From the NCBI RefSeq assembly GCF_964355755.1, contig NC_092675.1, positions 15,782,912 to 15,846,911 of the forward strand: a stretch of DNA of 64,000 bases, given 5' to 3'. The stretch is from Antedon mediterranea (lineage: Eukaryota; Animalia; Echinodermata). Positions 1 to 11,411 of the stretch are shown one piece after another (position 1 is the first letter of the stretch; the number at the start of each line of letters is the position of its first letter). The notes under the pieces are model-generated. The model had not been told where the DNA came from and did not search any database. It worked only from the letters and a program-made list of their open reading frames with translations. Made by a program: the position numbers and the translations under genes.

Positions 1-690
1 CTATTAAAGGACCGCTTCTCATAATCGTCAGTGACGACTCTTTTAATTAAGGACCACCTCTCTTAACGACCCCACCTTTCGTAAATGACGACCTCTTTTA
101 AAGGACCACCGCCTCTATTAAAGGACTGTTTCTCATAATCGCCCATCGCCCATCTTATCATTGAACACCTCTCGTATGCGGCCAGCTTAACGACCACACC
201 ACTCGTCAACAGCCTAACTTACCCAAAAAAATATTCATTGTAGAATTTAGAACAAATTAATTCCCTAAAGAACAAAGTGTATTTAATCCTTGTACCCTTT
301 TCATCATAAAACAATTAATCAATGACAGTTTCGAGCAGAAATCAGCCAGAATCAACCTTAAGAAGTAGGCCTACCTGCTGGAACAATAGGATTTATAGAT
401 AAGCACACAAATAGGGTGGTCATTTAAAAGAGGTGGTCACTTACGAGAGGTGTGGTCGTTAAGAGAGATAGTCGTTTACCAGAGGAGGTCGATTATGAAA
501 AGCGGGAGAGGAAGTGATCACTTCCGAGAGGTGGTCGATTATGATAAATGGTCCCTTAAAAGATAGATGGTCGTTTACCAGAGGAGGTCGATTATGAAAA
601 GCGGTTCCTTAAGAGAGGAAGTGATCACTTCCGAGAGGTGGTCGATTATGATAAATGGTCCCTTAAAAGATAGATGGTCGTTTTCTACAT
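1..690. mobile_element. Foldback/MITE-like element with repeat-rich inverted arms (left end outside window)
   Basis: Motifs at 1-200 (ccgcttctcataatcg, gaccacctctcttaacgacc) recur as reverse complements at 415-685 (cgattatgaaaagcgg, ggtcgttaagagag). A ~110-bp tandem duplication lies in the right arm. Confidence 0.6.
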
Positions 691-1010
691 TAGCGGTTGT
701 AACAGTCCCTGTGATTATCTATATATAGTGTGCGCAATAAATATAGAATAAAGCCAAACAAAAAGAAGCTGAATTCCTAACCACTTGGAAATACATGTAG
801 TGGTTATTACTGTATCTTTTGTATCTTTTTTTATGATTAAGAGAATTAGTTATAACAAAACATACCAAATGTATGCTAAATTTAAAAAGTCGCTCACTAG
901 TTAGGCCTACCTTATCGATCGGTCGATAAACCGAATATTCAGTTAAAGTGAATTACATTGAGCCTATCATGGTTAACATGATTAATATACCATTTTAAAT
1001 TGTTTTATAG

Positions 1011-3853
1011 TAATTTGTCATGTATGGAAGACGAATATTCATCATGCCGCATAATATACAAGGATGAAGATGGGAACTACAAGTATAAAACACTGACAAA
1101 TGATAATCAATCAGGTAATAGTTAGATGATACCATAATCAATATCAACGATGAGTTATATACGGTACGATATCAACAACTTTATAGTTAATCTTCTTCGC
1201 CTTTGCAAAATATAATGTATTGTTAGCGTCATTGACAGATGATAGAGGAATTTAACTAAAGCTGCCAAAGTAGGCTACGTTTGGTGCAAACATTAACCTT
1301 TCCAATTGCATGTTATGCATGTGAAACCTGGATAAGGACTACCTCAAGCTGCTTTTTAAAAGATCAATGCATTTTAGGTATGGTGTTGGCGAAAAATGCC
1401 ACACATCACATGAAAAGTACCAATGTCACTACATTACAAGAAGTAAATGCAAATAACAATGTGCTGAACAAAATAAACTCAATAACACTATCATACTTTG
1501 GACATATTGGTAGAAGAGAGGCCACATCTCCAGAAAAGACACTTTCACAAAATTGAAGGTGCACGGAGACCACGACAACCAAAGTCAAATGGTTTGATAA
1601 AAAAAAAATTGTAATTGGACAATCTACACATATAATAAATCAACTTACTGAAGTTACTTGAAATCCATCATTGTAGTCACCAGCCGTCAGACATGACGGA
1701 ATCGAATGAATAAATTAGCGTCATAAACATCATCCCGCCAAATAAAGACATCTTACTAGATATCTTTCTAAAATCTATTTGTATCAACATTTTCCTACAG
1801 AGTTGGACGTATGCTACATATTGTTTTTCAAAGAAGAAACTTCGCAAACATGTTTAGAGACTGCTGAAGAGTGTGACATCAGAGGGGGAACAATCGTATC
1901 CTTGGATAGAAATGAATACAGAGAAATAAAGGACACCGTGTTAGACATACTAAGTGTTAATACTGAAAGCCGGTTTAATGCTATCAACAAAGTAAATGGA
2001 AAAGAACATTGTGTCCACGTATCAATACTAGACAAAATTTTGTTTAATGATGATAATTTTTATAATAAGTCGGATAATGAAAGCAGTGATGTTAATTCTA
2101 TTATGTGTCAACAAGGTAATATTTGGATTCTGTGATACTGACATTTCTGCGCAATCTGCTGATATAAGTTTCCTTATAAGATCCCCTCTGATGTTTTTTT
2201 TCTTACGTGGGTTCATCTCACTTTTATTTCCATATACAGTACTCTTAGCATTCTTATGTAGTATATTTCTTTACAAGTTTTTCCATTGACTTTGTGTTTT
2301 AAAAATATTTTTACATTTATATTTTAGCTTTTATTTAATTAATTAACATATATACTTTATTAGTAAAACTGTTTTTTTGAATTAACACATTTTTGAAAAT
2401 TATCTTCTGATATTAGTACAAAGCAAACACCAACTTCCCAACCATACTACTTGGGCTGAGTCCCTTGTGTTCTATATATATTATATACATTATGCACTTG
2501 CATTGATGAAGGGCTAGTGTTGCCCGAAAACTCTGCTAACTTTTCTGGCTGTTTTACTTTATCGTTTTGATTTAGCATTTCGCTTTTTTTTGTATCTCCA
2601 TTGAAATCCAGCCACTGATACCCACATCATTGTCATTTTTCAGTAATTTGCCATGCTGTCGGTATCAGTGGCTGGATCTCAATGGAGATACAACAAAAAT
2701 TAAAAAAATATGCATTTAGGCTATAAATTGTTTTTCCTTTTAGTCATCAGTCAACCTACAACAACATTTGAATCACCAACTTCAGATGATTACACAGTAG
2801 AGATAACTGCGTCGTCGAGCAAAAAGGTAACTGCGTCTTCGTCGAGAAGGGTGACGTCGTCTTCCCTAGAAAAGAACCAGCAGGCAGACATTGAAGTGGA
2901 GACGATAAGCACCTCTACAATAATTATTATCGTCGTAGCTGCAGTTGTCGTTATGTTAGCACTTATCATCTTCATTATCATACTGAGAAACAAGAGAAAG
3001 AAATATGTTAACCAAAGGTAATCTTTTAATAAAACTTTGTTTATTATTATAATGTATTTAGGCCTACCTTTACAATAAAATGATTTATAACGGGAGTTAA
3101 AAACAGTTTTGTCCATATTATACAAAATATAAACATAAATGCATCCAATGTGTTTATTGAGGAACTTTTAAAATTTATTACTTTTAATGCATTAGTATAG
3201 GTTTTGTTTACATGATTTATATTAAATAATAGTTTTAAAAAATATAATTGATGTATACTTTTTTGTTTAAAGGGCACGCTCAAATATAGTGATGGTTCAA
3301 AACGAAAGTACGTATATATTTGTATTTTTAGCAGATTCTAGTAGCTATGTGGCTGAATTTGTAATCGATGCTTCCCATTTTTTCTCTGTAAAACTATAAC
3401 CGGTTTTAATTTACAATTGTAGGTTATTCAAATGTTGATGTCAGTAACGAAACAAACGATATTGGTATAAATGATGACGCTTACAGTGTACTAAACCACG
3501 GCATACCAACGGCTGATGACGATGATTACGCGTATATGGCAGACTCAATACGGGTTAGAATAAATGTGGACTATGAACACATGGATGACAGAAGCCATGA
3601 CCAGCCAAGCATCGAGGTCTTGGATACGTATGCTTACATCGGAACCGATATAATTGAAGATAGGTACACAGATGTCTATGCTGGAGACTATGATAAACTT
3701 GATCGGACACACCAAGTAGTGACAACAAATTATAAAAATACATACAGCACACTTGAAAAGGATAAAGAACATTATGACACATTTCAACGGGTTAAGGACA
3801 CGAAAATGAATATGCCATCATTTGATAATCAATATGGAAAACTTGAGCATTGA
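1011..3853 (+). CDS. Type I membrane receptor: degenerate C-type-lectin-like ectodomain, Ser/Thr stalk, one TM, Tyr-motif-rich tail (5' signal-peptide exon not located)
   Basis: Exons 1011-1114, 1801-2115, 2744-3017, 3273-3307, 3423-3853 all have AG/GT boundaries and join in frame (385 aa + stop). TM IIIIVVAAVVVMLALIIFIIIL is followed by RNKRKK. Cys spacing (C..RGG.IVSL, ..IMCQ) is CTLD-like; the paralog keeps WND and FLCE. Confidence 0.75.
1240..1700 (+). mobile_element. Degenerate RTE-clade LINE 3' fragment (intronic)
   Basis: Broken frames give RLVQTLTFPIACYACETW, VWCWRKM, LSYFGHI and KIEG..R..KWFD, typical of the RTE ORF C-terminus. Confidence 0.6.
2420..2700 (+). mobile_element. Penelope-like pseudo-LTR fragment with inverted terminal segment
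   Basis: Contains a hammerhead motif (2498-2537). Segment 2591-2622 (tgtatctccattgaaatccagccactgatacc) is inverted at 2661-2692. A homologous copy lies at 58535-58700. Confidence 0.65.
2498..2537 (+). ncRNA. Minimal type I hammerhead ribozyme motif, mutated copy
   Basis: ttgca-TTGATGA-a-gggc(tagtgtt)gccc-GAAA-actc-tgct. The core C3 is changed to U and the stem III palindrome is mutated. Confidence 0.6.
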
Positions 3854-3994
3854 TGTTTCTTTTCTTTTTTAATTTCTTTCCCTTTATCTATTTTATCAAA
3901 AACAAACATTAAAATATTCGTTGAGTAAGAACTTTTAAATGACTAATTTTGATTTAATTTCTGCATTGGGCTATATATCCATATTCATATTTTT

Positions 3995-4210
3995 GTTTAG
4001 AGTCTCGTTTCTGTAGCATATAATAGTTGTATAATAAAATTGACCAATGAGTATGAAGTTACTTCTAATGTGTAAACGTATATTCCCAGAACATTGTTCA
4101 TGCATTCGAAAGCTACCCGAGCAATTTCGATCCTTTTCAATATCTCCTTCTCAAATGTACCATCTTCTGCTGTGAGGATGTGACTCAGGTAGATACTTTC
4201 TTTGGAAGGT
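3995..4210 (-). mobile_element. Degenerate RTE-clade LINE fragment
   Basis: Translation YLSHILTAEDGTFEKEILKRIEIARVAF..MNNVL resembles the RTE post-RT motif YLG..IT.DG....EI..RI..AR.AF. Confidence 0.5.
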
Positions 4211-4314
4211 TCAAACAGATATATTGATATAGTAAATGTCACTAATAAAATAAAAGTAAATAATGTAAAATAATTATCTCTAAATGCTATTGTAATAAAC
4301 GTCCATAGGCTTAA

Positions 4315-7300
4315 TAGTCCGGTGGCAGGAGGGGGGGAATCACCACCCAAAAGGGGACAAATTGCCATCCAACTTTTCTAGACTAGAATTTTCCGTAGAT
4401 TACGAATATGGAAGGTAATCGATCAGGATAGGAAGCGTTTTCGAGATATAGGGGGTCAAAGTTCAAAATTGACCAATTACAACAATGTATTATGTATATG
4501 TATTATAACAAATTTATTGAAGCACAATTTGGTCTTTTATTACATTTTTATGATTATAAGTGTCTATTCAATCACCTTATGAAAAAAAAATCCTTTGTGA
4601 TTAAGGGTCAAATGTCAATATTGACCAATCATAGAACGTACCTATAAAACCAAATAAAAACAAATATTTAATAAAAATTTGATGTTTTCTCATCCTATTA
4701 ATCAATCATACGCAATGTAAAAGAGCGAATACATCATTTCATCAGTTGACATAAGGTCAATTTCATCAGTTGACATAAGGTCAAAGGTCAACATTTTAAT
4801 ACGCGTATTAGTTAACAAATAAATGCAACGTTGTCCAAACTATGATATTGATGGTTTTACAAGTAATCAAATTATTTGATTAGTAAAGTTATGTTATTTC
4901 ATTATAATACTGTATTTAATCAAATCAGACTTCGATCAGGATAGGAAGCGAATAGGAAGAGATAAGGGTCAAAGTTTAAAATTGACCAATTATAACAATG
5001 TATTATATACATATGTATTATAACCAATTTATTAAAGTTCAATTTGGTCTTTTAATACATTTGTATGGTTATAGGTATTGTATGGTGTTATTCAGTCGCC
5101 TTATAAAACAAATACTTTGCAATTAAAGGTCAAATGTCAATATTGACCAATCACACAATTTGCATTTAAAACCAAATAAAAACTAACATTTAAGACAAAA
5201 TGTTATGTTTTATCATTCTGTTAAGACATCTATCAATCATACACAATCAAAAGAGCACATTTATCATTACACAAGTTGACATTGGTCAAAGGTCAACATG
5301 TGAATAAATGATATAGGCCTACTAAATAATGCAAAGTTATTCAAACTATGAGATCGATGTTCATAAATGTAATCACGTTATTTGATCAGTGAAGTTATGG
5401 TATTTTTATATTTTTTCTAGTGCGCATTATTTTAAATATATTAATATAATACTGTAAAATAAATAATAAAATTAATATTATGACGATTAAAATGTTATGA
5501 TGTTAAAATGTTGCGCTGACCTTCAATGATTTGCCACTATACAGTTGCATTTATTAGGGCTACAATATTCGTTTTTGGAAAATAAACTACTATTCATCAG
5601 AACCAGAGAATACCAATTCGTACAGGATAAGGCATAGGCAGATCCAGGTGGCCAAACTCAATCCACAACTCACTACACTGACAGACCACAATTTTTATAT
5701 AGTTTGGCCCATACAGGAAAGAGTTTCCTGTATACAAAGGATTCTAAATAACCTATATGGATTTGCCCGAATGAACCCTCTAAGGACCCTTTTGGGATCT
5801 CTATGTGGTGTGCTACATAAGGCCCTGTATTAGAAATTAGTATGGGGTAAATAGTTCATAGATGAACTATGGAATAAAACTAAATGTGCACCCTCAATCT
5901 TTAAATAACATTTATGGATTTGCCCAAATGAACCCAAGGGCCGGTCGTTCTCCATGGATGGACATTAAGCCCCATAATGGAAATATAAGGGGTGACACTG
6001 TGAGTTCATATAGACAGGCGCGGCCCATGAATTAAGCTGCCTGCGCACTCTCGATCCTTAAGAAAAATTTATGGATTTGCCCAAATTAATCCAAGGGTCG
6101 GTCCTCCATGGACATTAAGCCCCATAATGGAAATATAATGAGTGACACTTTGGGTTTATATAGACAGGCAGAACCATGGAATAAAGCTGCCTGTGCACTC
6201 TCGATCCTTAAGGAACACTTATGGATTTGCCCAAATTAACCCAAGGGCCGGTCCTCCATGGACATTAAGCCCCATAATAGAAATATAATGGGTGACACTG
6301 TGGGTTTATATAGACAGGCACATGGAATAAAGCTGCCTGTGCACTCTCGATCCTTAAGGAACACTTATGGATTTACCCAAATTAACCCCCAAAGGCCGGT
6401 CCTCCATGGATGGACATTAAGCCCCATAATGGACATATAAGGGGTGACACTGTGGGTTCATAATAGACAGGCGGGGCCCATGGAATAAAGCTGCCTTGCA
6501 CTCTCGATCCTTAAGGAACACTTATGGATTTGCCCAAATTAACCCAAGGGCCGGTCATCCATGGACATTAAGCCTCATAATGGAAATATAAGGGGTGACA
6601 ATGTGGGTTTATATAGACAGGCACATGGAATAAAGCTGCCTGTGCACTCTCGATCCTTAAGGAACCGATTTGGATTTTGCCTAAAATGAAACAACAGCAG
6701 GTCATCTATTTAGACCCTTCTGTGGTTCTCTACTACTGTATGTTCAGTTCTACATTTGGCTCTTGTGTTGGATCAATGCATTTGGCTACATAAGTTACTG
6801 TGTTAGAAATATATCGGGTAACTAAAACTGTAGGTTCCAATATTAAGCCATGGGAAAAGCCTGTCTGTGCACCCTCAATCCTTTTAAAAAGAACCCATAT
6901 GGATTTGCCAAAATGAACCAAGGGTAACTTCTGAATTCTCTATGAGCCGTACATTCCGTTTATTGGAGATAGCCTACATGGATACCTGATTGAAATTGCT
7001 CAAAAGAAAGACATTGTACTGTATAGTAATAGTATTATTCCCCTTCCACACCTCTTTGAATTAAATCCGCCCTGATAGGCTCTTATGTACAGGATTTCAA
7101 GGCAATAATCACACTTGTATTTTTCAAACAGTATAATCTATTAGATTGAATAAAAATATCTATTATAAACAATTTGCCGTTAGAAATCTCTATGCCATGT
7201 CGTTATTTAGATGAGAAAAACAGGTCAAATGTTAAAATTACAGAAAAATAGGTGTTTCAGTCACTTTTTGAAAAAAATGTTGCATTATGGCAAGTATAAA

Positions 7301-7844
7301 CATATATATTGTGAACAATTTGACACCAAAATTCGCTTTTTACGACAAATATTTATTAATTTATGTTTTTATAACCTTATTCAATTATGTCAAAGGTTAA
7401 TAACCACACTTCCGGTCATTTTCAAGCAATATCATCTGTTATACTGAATATAAATGTATATCTTGGGAACAATTTGCTCCTATTTTTAATTCTCTCCGAC
7501 CTGCCGTTACTTAGATATAGCAAAAAGAGGTCAAAGGTCAAAATTGCTAACAATGGGGTTTCCGGTCAATTTTTCAAAGAAAGTTCTGTTAGAGCTAATA
7601 TAAACATATACATTGTGAACAATTTGACACCAAAATTATCTCACTACGTCCAGAATTTCCAGAGATATAGCATGTTTTTATATTGGTCAATTTTGAACTT
7701 TGACCCCTTATATCTCGAAAACGCTTCCTATCCTGATCGATTACCTTCCATATTCGTAATCTACGGAAAATTCTGGTCTAGAAAAGTTGGATGGCAATTT
7801 GTCCCCTTTCGGGTGGTGATGTCCCCCCTCCTGACACCGGACTA
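4315..7844. mobile_element. Non-autonomous Academ-like DNA transposon
   Basis: ~165-bp TIRs (tagtccggtggcaggagg... / ...cctcctgacaccggacta), TAG..CTA termini, flanking TAA/TAA 3-bp TSD, and an internal ~500-bp duplication (4420-4910 vs 4932-5410). Confidence 0.75.
5750..6920 (+). repeat. ~150-bp tandem satellite inside the Academ-like element
   Basis: The unit start ttatggatttgcccaaa recurs at ~5913, 6070, 6220, 6366 and 6522, with degenerate copies at ~5756, 6669 and 6899. Confidence 0.9.
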
Positions 7845-7999
7845 TAAGTAAAGTTATAGTGACAGTCTGGTGGTAGTGTCTACTTATTTAGCATTATTAC
7901 TATAAGCACAATTGTATTAAATGCAGATTTACTGCGATTATAAATAATACATTTGACATTTAATAAACTAAACTATTAGCCCTACAGAAGTAATGCCTA

Positions 8000-10514
8000 G
8001 ATATAAATAGCTATGTAATCTTAATTGCTGTGGTGCTGTTGAACACTAATCAATCAAGGTACCAGAAGCATTATTGTTTGTTTGTTTGTTTGTTGTTATT
8101 TTGGTGGTACACACCAAAGATAGCCAACTAAATCCGTAGACTTGTTTTGGGTGCGCTCCTTCTGGTGGTGAATTGGGCAGTACACATGGAGATAATCCCT
8201 ATCTTTGTTTCGAAGAGTATACTGCGTTCATATTGCACATGTGACTAACTAGCTTAACGTTTTATCCGAAAGAAGTAGAAGGTGCGCTATCTACATTTAG
8301 ACATATTCTAACTAGCAAGTTGGCACAAACGGAGAGCGGCAGTGGGATTCGAACTGTGGACCAAAGAAAACCTATGGCATGTCACGGTTCAGTGACTACC
8401 ACCAGTTTAGTCGACTGTTAATTTAAACAATAAATTAAACAATGTTAATTTTTCATCCATTTTAATTACAGTGGATTTTCCTTTATGACAGCAGACAACT
8501 GTTTCCTCATCCTACATCAAGATAAAAACTACTTTTATAAAGAAACCAACGATGATTGTTCAGGTAATTTACTAATCTTCCCCACCCACCATAAATTATC
8601 ACCATCAACACACCCCCATTTTATCCTCTCATCATCATCGATCATCATTGTCATAATCATTCTAAATATTATCCCATTTTCTCTTCCCACCAAATCACTA
8701 TCAATTCATATCAGCCACAGCATCAACTTCTTCTTTACTCATTCAAAATCAGAATTATCCTGTTATCAATCATACGCCTACACTTTAATATTCATTTTAA
8801 TTATTTACCATCATCAGTATCATCGAAAATAGGTTAATTTCTAGTATATCACCACAGTTTCCTAATGCCTGTAAATTCAATATTATAGGCTTACATTTAT
8901 CAACATTTCCTTTCACATTTAAGCGCATGCTGTTTATTTTCTTTAAAAACCGAAAAAGAAGAATCGTGTCTTCAGACTGATAAAGAATGCGCCCGCCGAG
9001 GAGAGAAGATCGCTTCTATAGACGGTGACAATTACAATGGAATAAAGAACATGGTGTTAAAACAATTTAGTATTGCAATCCTCAACGAGCACGTTTAATG
9101 CTATTATGGGCGGACAGGAAGAGGAGAAGTGTATTCATGTATCAATACGTACAAGATGGCTATACATGGAATGATGCTACTGTAACGAAAATTGGTGAGC
9201 ATGATGAATATCCTGTTAATTCCTTTCTGTGTGAACAAGGTGAGAATTAAAAAGCAGTAGTTTAAGATGTTTAGGATCGGTGATGAATTAAATAATATTA
9301 AGAAAGTTTTGTAAACTTAATTCAGTATACTCGTAAAATAAATGCTTTACTGAATTAAGCATTGACAACATTGGTTTTTAAAATTAAGACTTCCATTGAT
9401 TTGATGAAAAATAAATTATTGTTATCAAAGACGGCATACATGGTTATCCATAGTTCTAGAGTGAAATCCTGTTGCAGTTTAATCTTTAACTGTAGGTTAT
9501 AGAGGCCTATTGTAATAATGTTTTCTATTCAATACATCTTAAGCAAAACGACAGGTGACATGAGAAACAAAACCTCACCAAAAAGACTAACAGTAGGCCT
9601 AAAGTATAAATATAAATGCGCCAGGAGATAATGTTTTGCCCTCTCTGACCATGGATTGCTCTCAATTATGCATGCCTACTATTAACAGATTGTGTCAGTA
9701 TAGGGTACATATTTCATATTTTGTATTAATATTAAGTACTGTTTCTTCTTTAGTTATCGACGGACCACCTAAAACAGCGCTGCCATCATCAACAACTTTA
9801 GAGGAAAACCAGGAAGACAGTGAAGTGGAGAAGATAAGCACTTCAACAGTAATCATTATCGTCGTAGCAGTCATCATTATTTTAGCATTGGCCTCTGTTT
9901 ACTGCCTTTTTATTTAAAAATAAGCAGACAAAAAGGTAATGCAGTATATTTAAACATAAAAAACATAGAGCTAACTTATTGATCTGTGATTTGATAAGTA
10001 CTGTACTGTATAATCGTGAATGGTGATATACGCGCCCAACGTTTCAATGGTCAAATTATCCATTTATTTTTCTTTTTTTTTTTATTGGTAAAGGACCCGG
10101 TAAAGGACACGAGCACAGATAGCGACCATTAGAACCAGCTGTAAGTAAAATGTTTTTTACACGTTTTATTTTGTATTTGCTGTAAGTTTCGCATCAGAAG
10201 CAGTGATCATAGCCTATAAATGTCCTATTAAATCAAAAACTGCTGCACTATATTTTTTTACCAGCAAGTGGGTTTGACTGAAAATTAAAATCGATGTCGC
10301 CTCGTAGTTTTAAATTGTTTTATTCTCTATAGGTCATTTGACTCCTAATGCTTTTAACAAACCAAGCAAATCAAACGATAACTATTACAGAACAATAAAT
10401 GTCGCCTATAGTGAAATGATAGAGCCTGAGTGTGTGACTTCACATGATAATACTGTAATAGCAGAAGGCATGTCGAGCAAAATGTTGAAGTTATGGGTAA
10501 TCAGACATATATGA
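8000..10514 (+). pseudogene. Disrupted tandem paralog of the C-type-lectin-like receptor
   Basis: Same exon series: signal-like ~8000-8058, 8472-8563, 8924-9239, 9754-9935, ~10093-10140, 10333-10514. EVEKISTSTVIIIVV matches EVETISTSTIIIIVV. Frameshifts and stops occur in the lectin exon (TAA 9096) and just after the TM (TAA 9915). WND at 9167 and FLCEQ are retained. Confidence 0.7.
8150..8405 (-). mobile_element. Degenerate tRNA-derived SINE
   Basis: B-box reverse complement gggattcgaac at ~8344 and a SINE-like body (gataatccctat..ttcgaagag, ttttatccgaa). Confidence 0.4.
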
Positions 10515-11411
10515 ACGTCGTATTATTAATGGATAATCAAAATACTCATAAAATACCTATCTTGTCTTCTTTATACCGGTCATAAGCATGGCCGAATGAA
10601 AGGAGAAAGGGTGATGAGGGAGTAAATTTGTAAAATCAAGGTACATGAGCATGGTAACAATTTAAAAGCGCCAAGACAGCTGTTACAGACTCGTATCAGA
10701 TGACTGTCAATAGTCAGTTATGATTTACAATGAGACACCTGCAAAATCTGGAAGGTTCATAATTATATAAAAATTAATGTTTCCAAGAATCTTGATAGCA
10801 TTTCTCCTCCTGTAAAAATAGATGGTATATGAGAAATGTGTAGCTGAGTTAATTCAGAATAGACAACTTTTATTAAGAAGCCGCTGCAGACATTTTTAGC
10901 TTACTTGATAAACTTGCCACATTAGTTTCATATTTCTACTGTTACTTCAATTAACACTTATCTTTAGATAGACTTGTTTCAATGTATGTAGATTTAACGA
11001 AAGATTAAGAATAATGAAATAAAAGATTCGCCAGAAACTTTGTCTATACTGTGTTTTAATGTTCTTTTGTCTATTTATAAATACTTGAAAATACTTGCTT
11101 TAACCAATTTGATGGTAGGCCTAGATACAGTACTACTTTTTTTTTAAAGTAAGTAAAATACGAATATTTTGCTAACATAAAAAATCTGTATCATTTTGTC
11201 CGTATTTGAACTTTATCAAAACGAAAAAGAAAACAAAACTAATAAAGTAATACAATTAGAAAGAGAAAGTTTCAAGTGAAAATGACCTATTATGTATTGG
11301 CATTTCTGGTGAAAACCATCATTAATCACCAAGTAACGTCATCTTTTCAAATTCCGTATACTAATAAAAAAAACGAAAAACGTTTTTTTGAGGAGGCCTA
11401 GAGAATAAACA

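Noticed and set aside
5750-6920. ~150-bp repeats as a coding repeat or array system
   Set aside because: Units contain indels and stops and lack variable spacers; this is a satellite inside a transposon.
7211-7851. 154-aa and 78-aa ORFs
   Set aside because: They lie in the right TIR region of the Academ-like element, with no motif or exon support.
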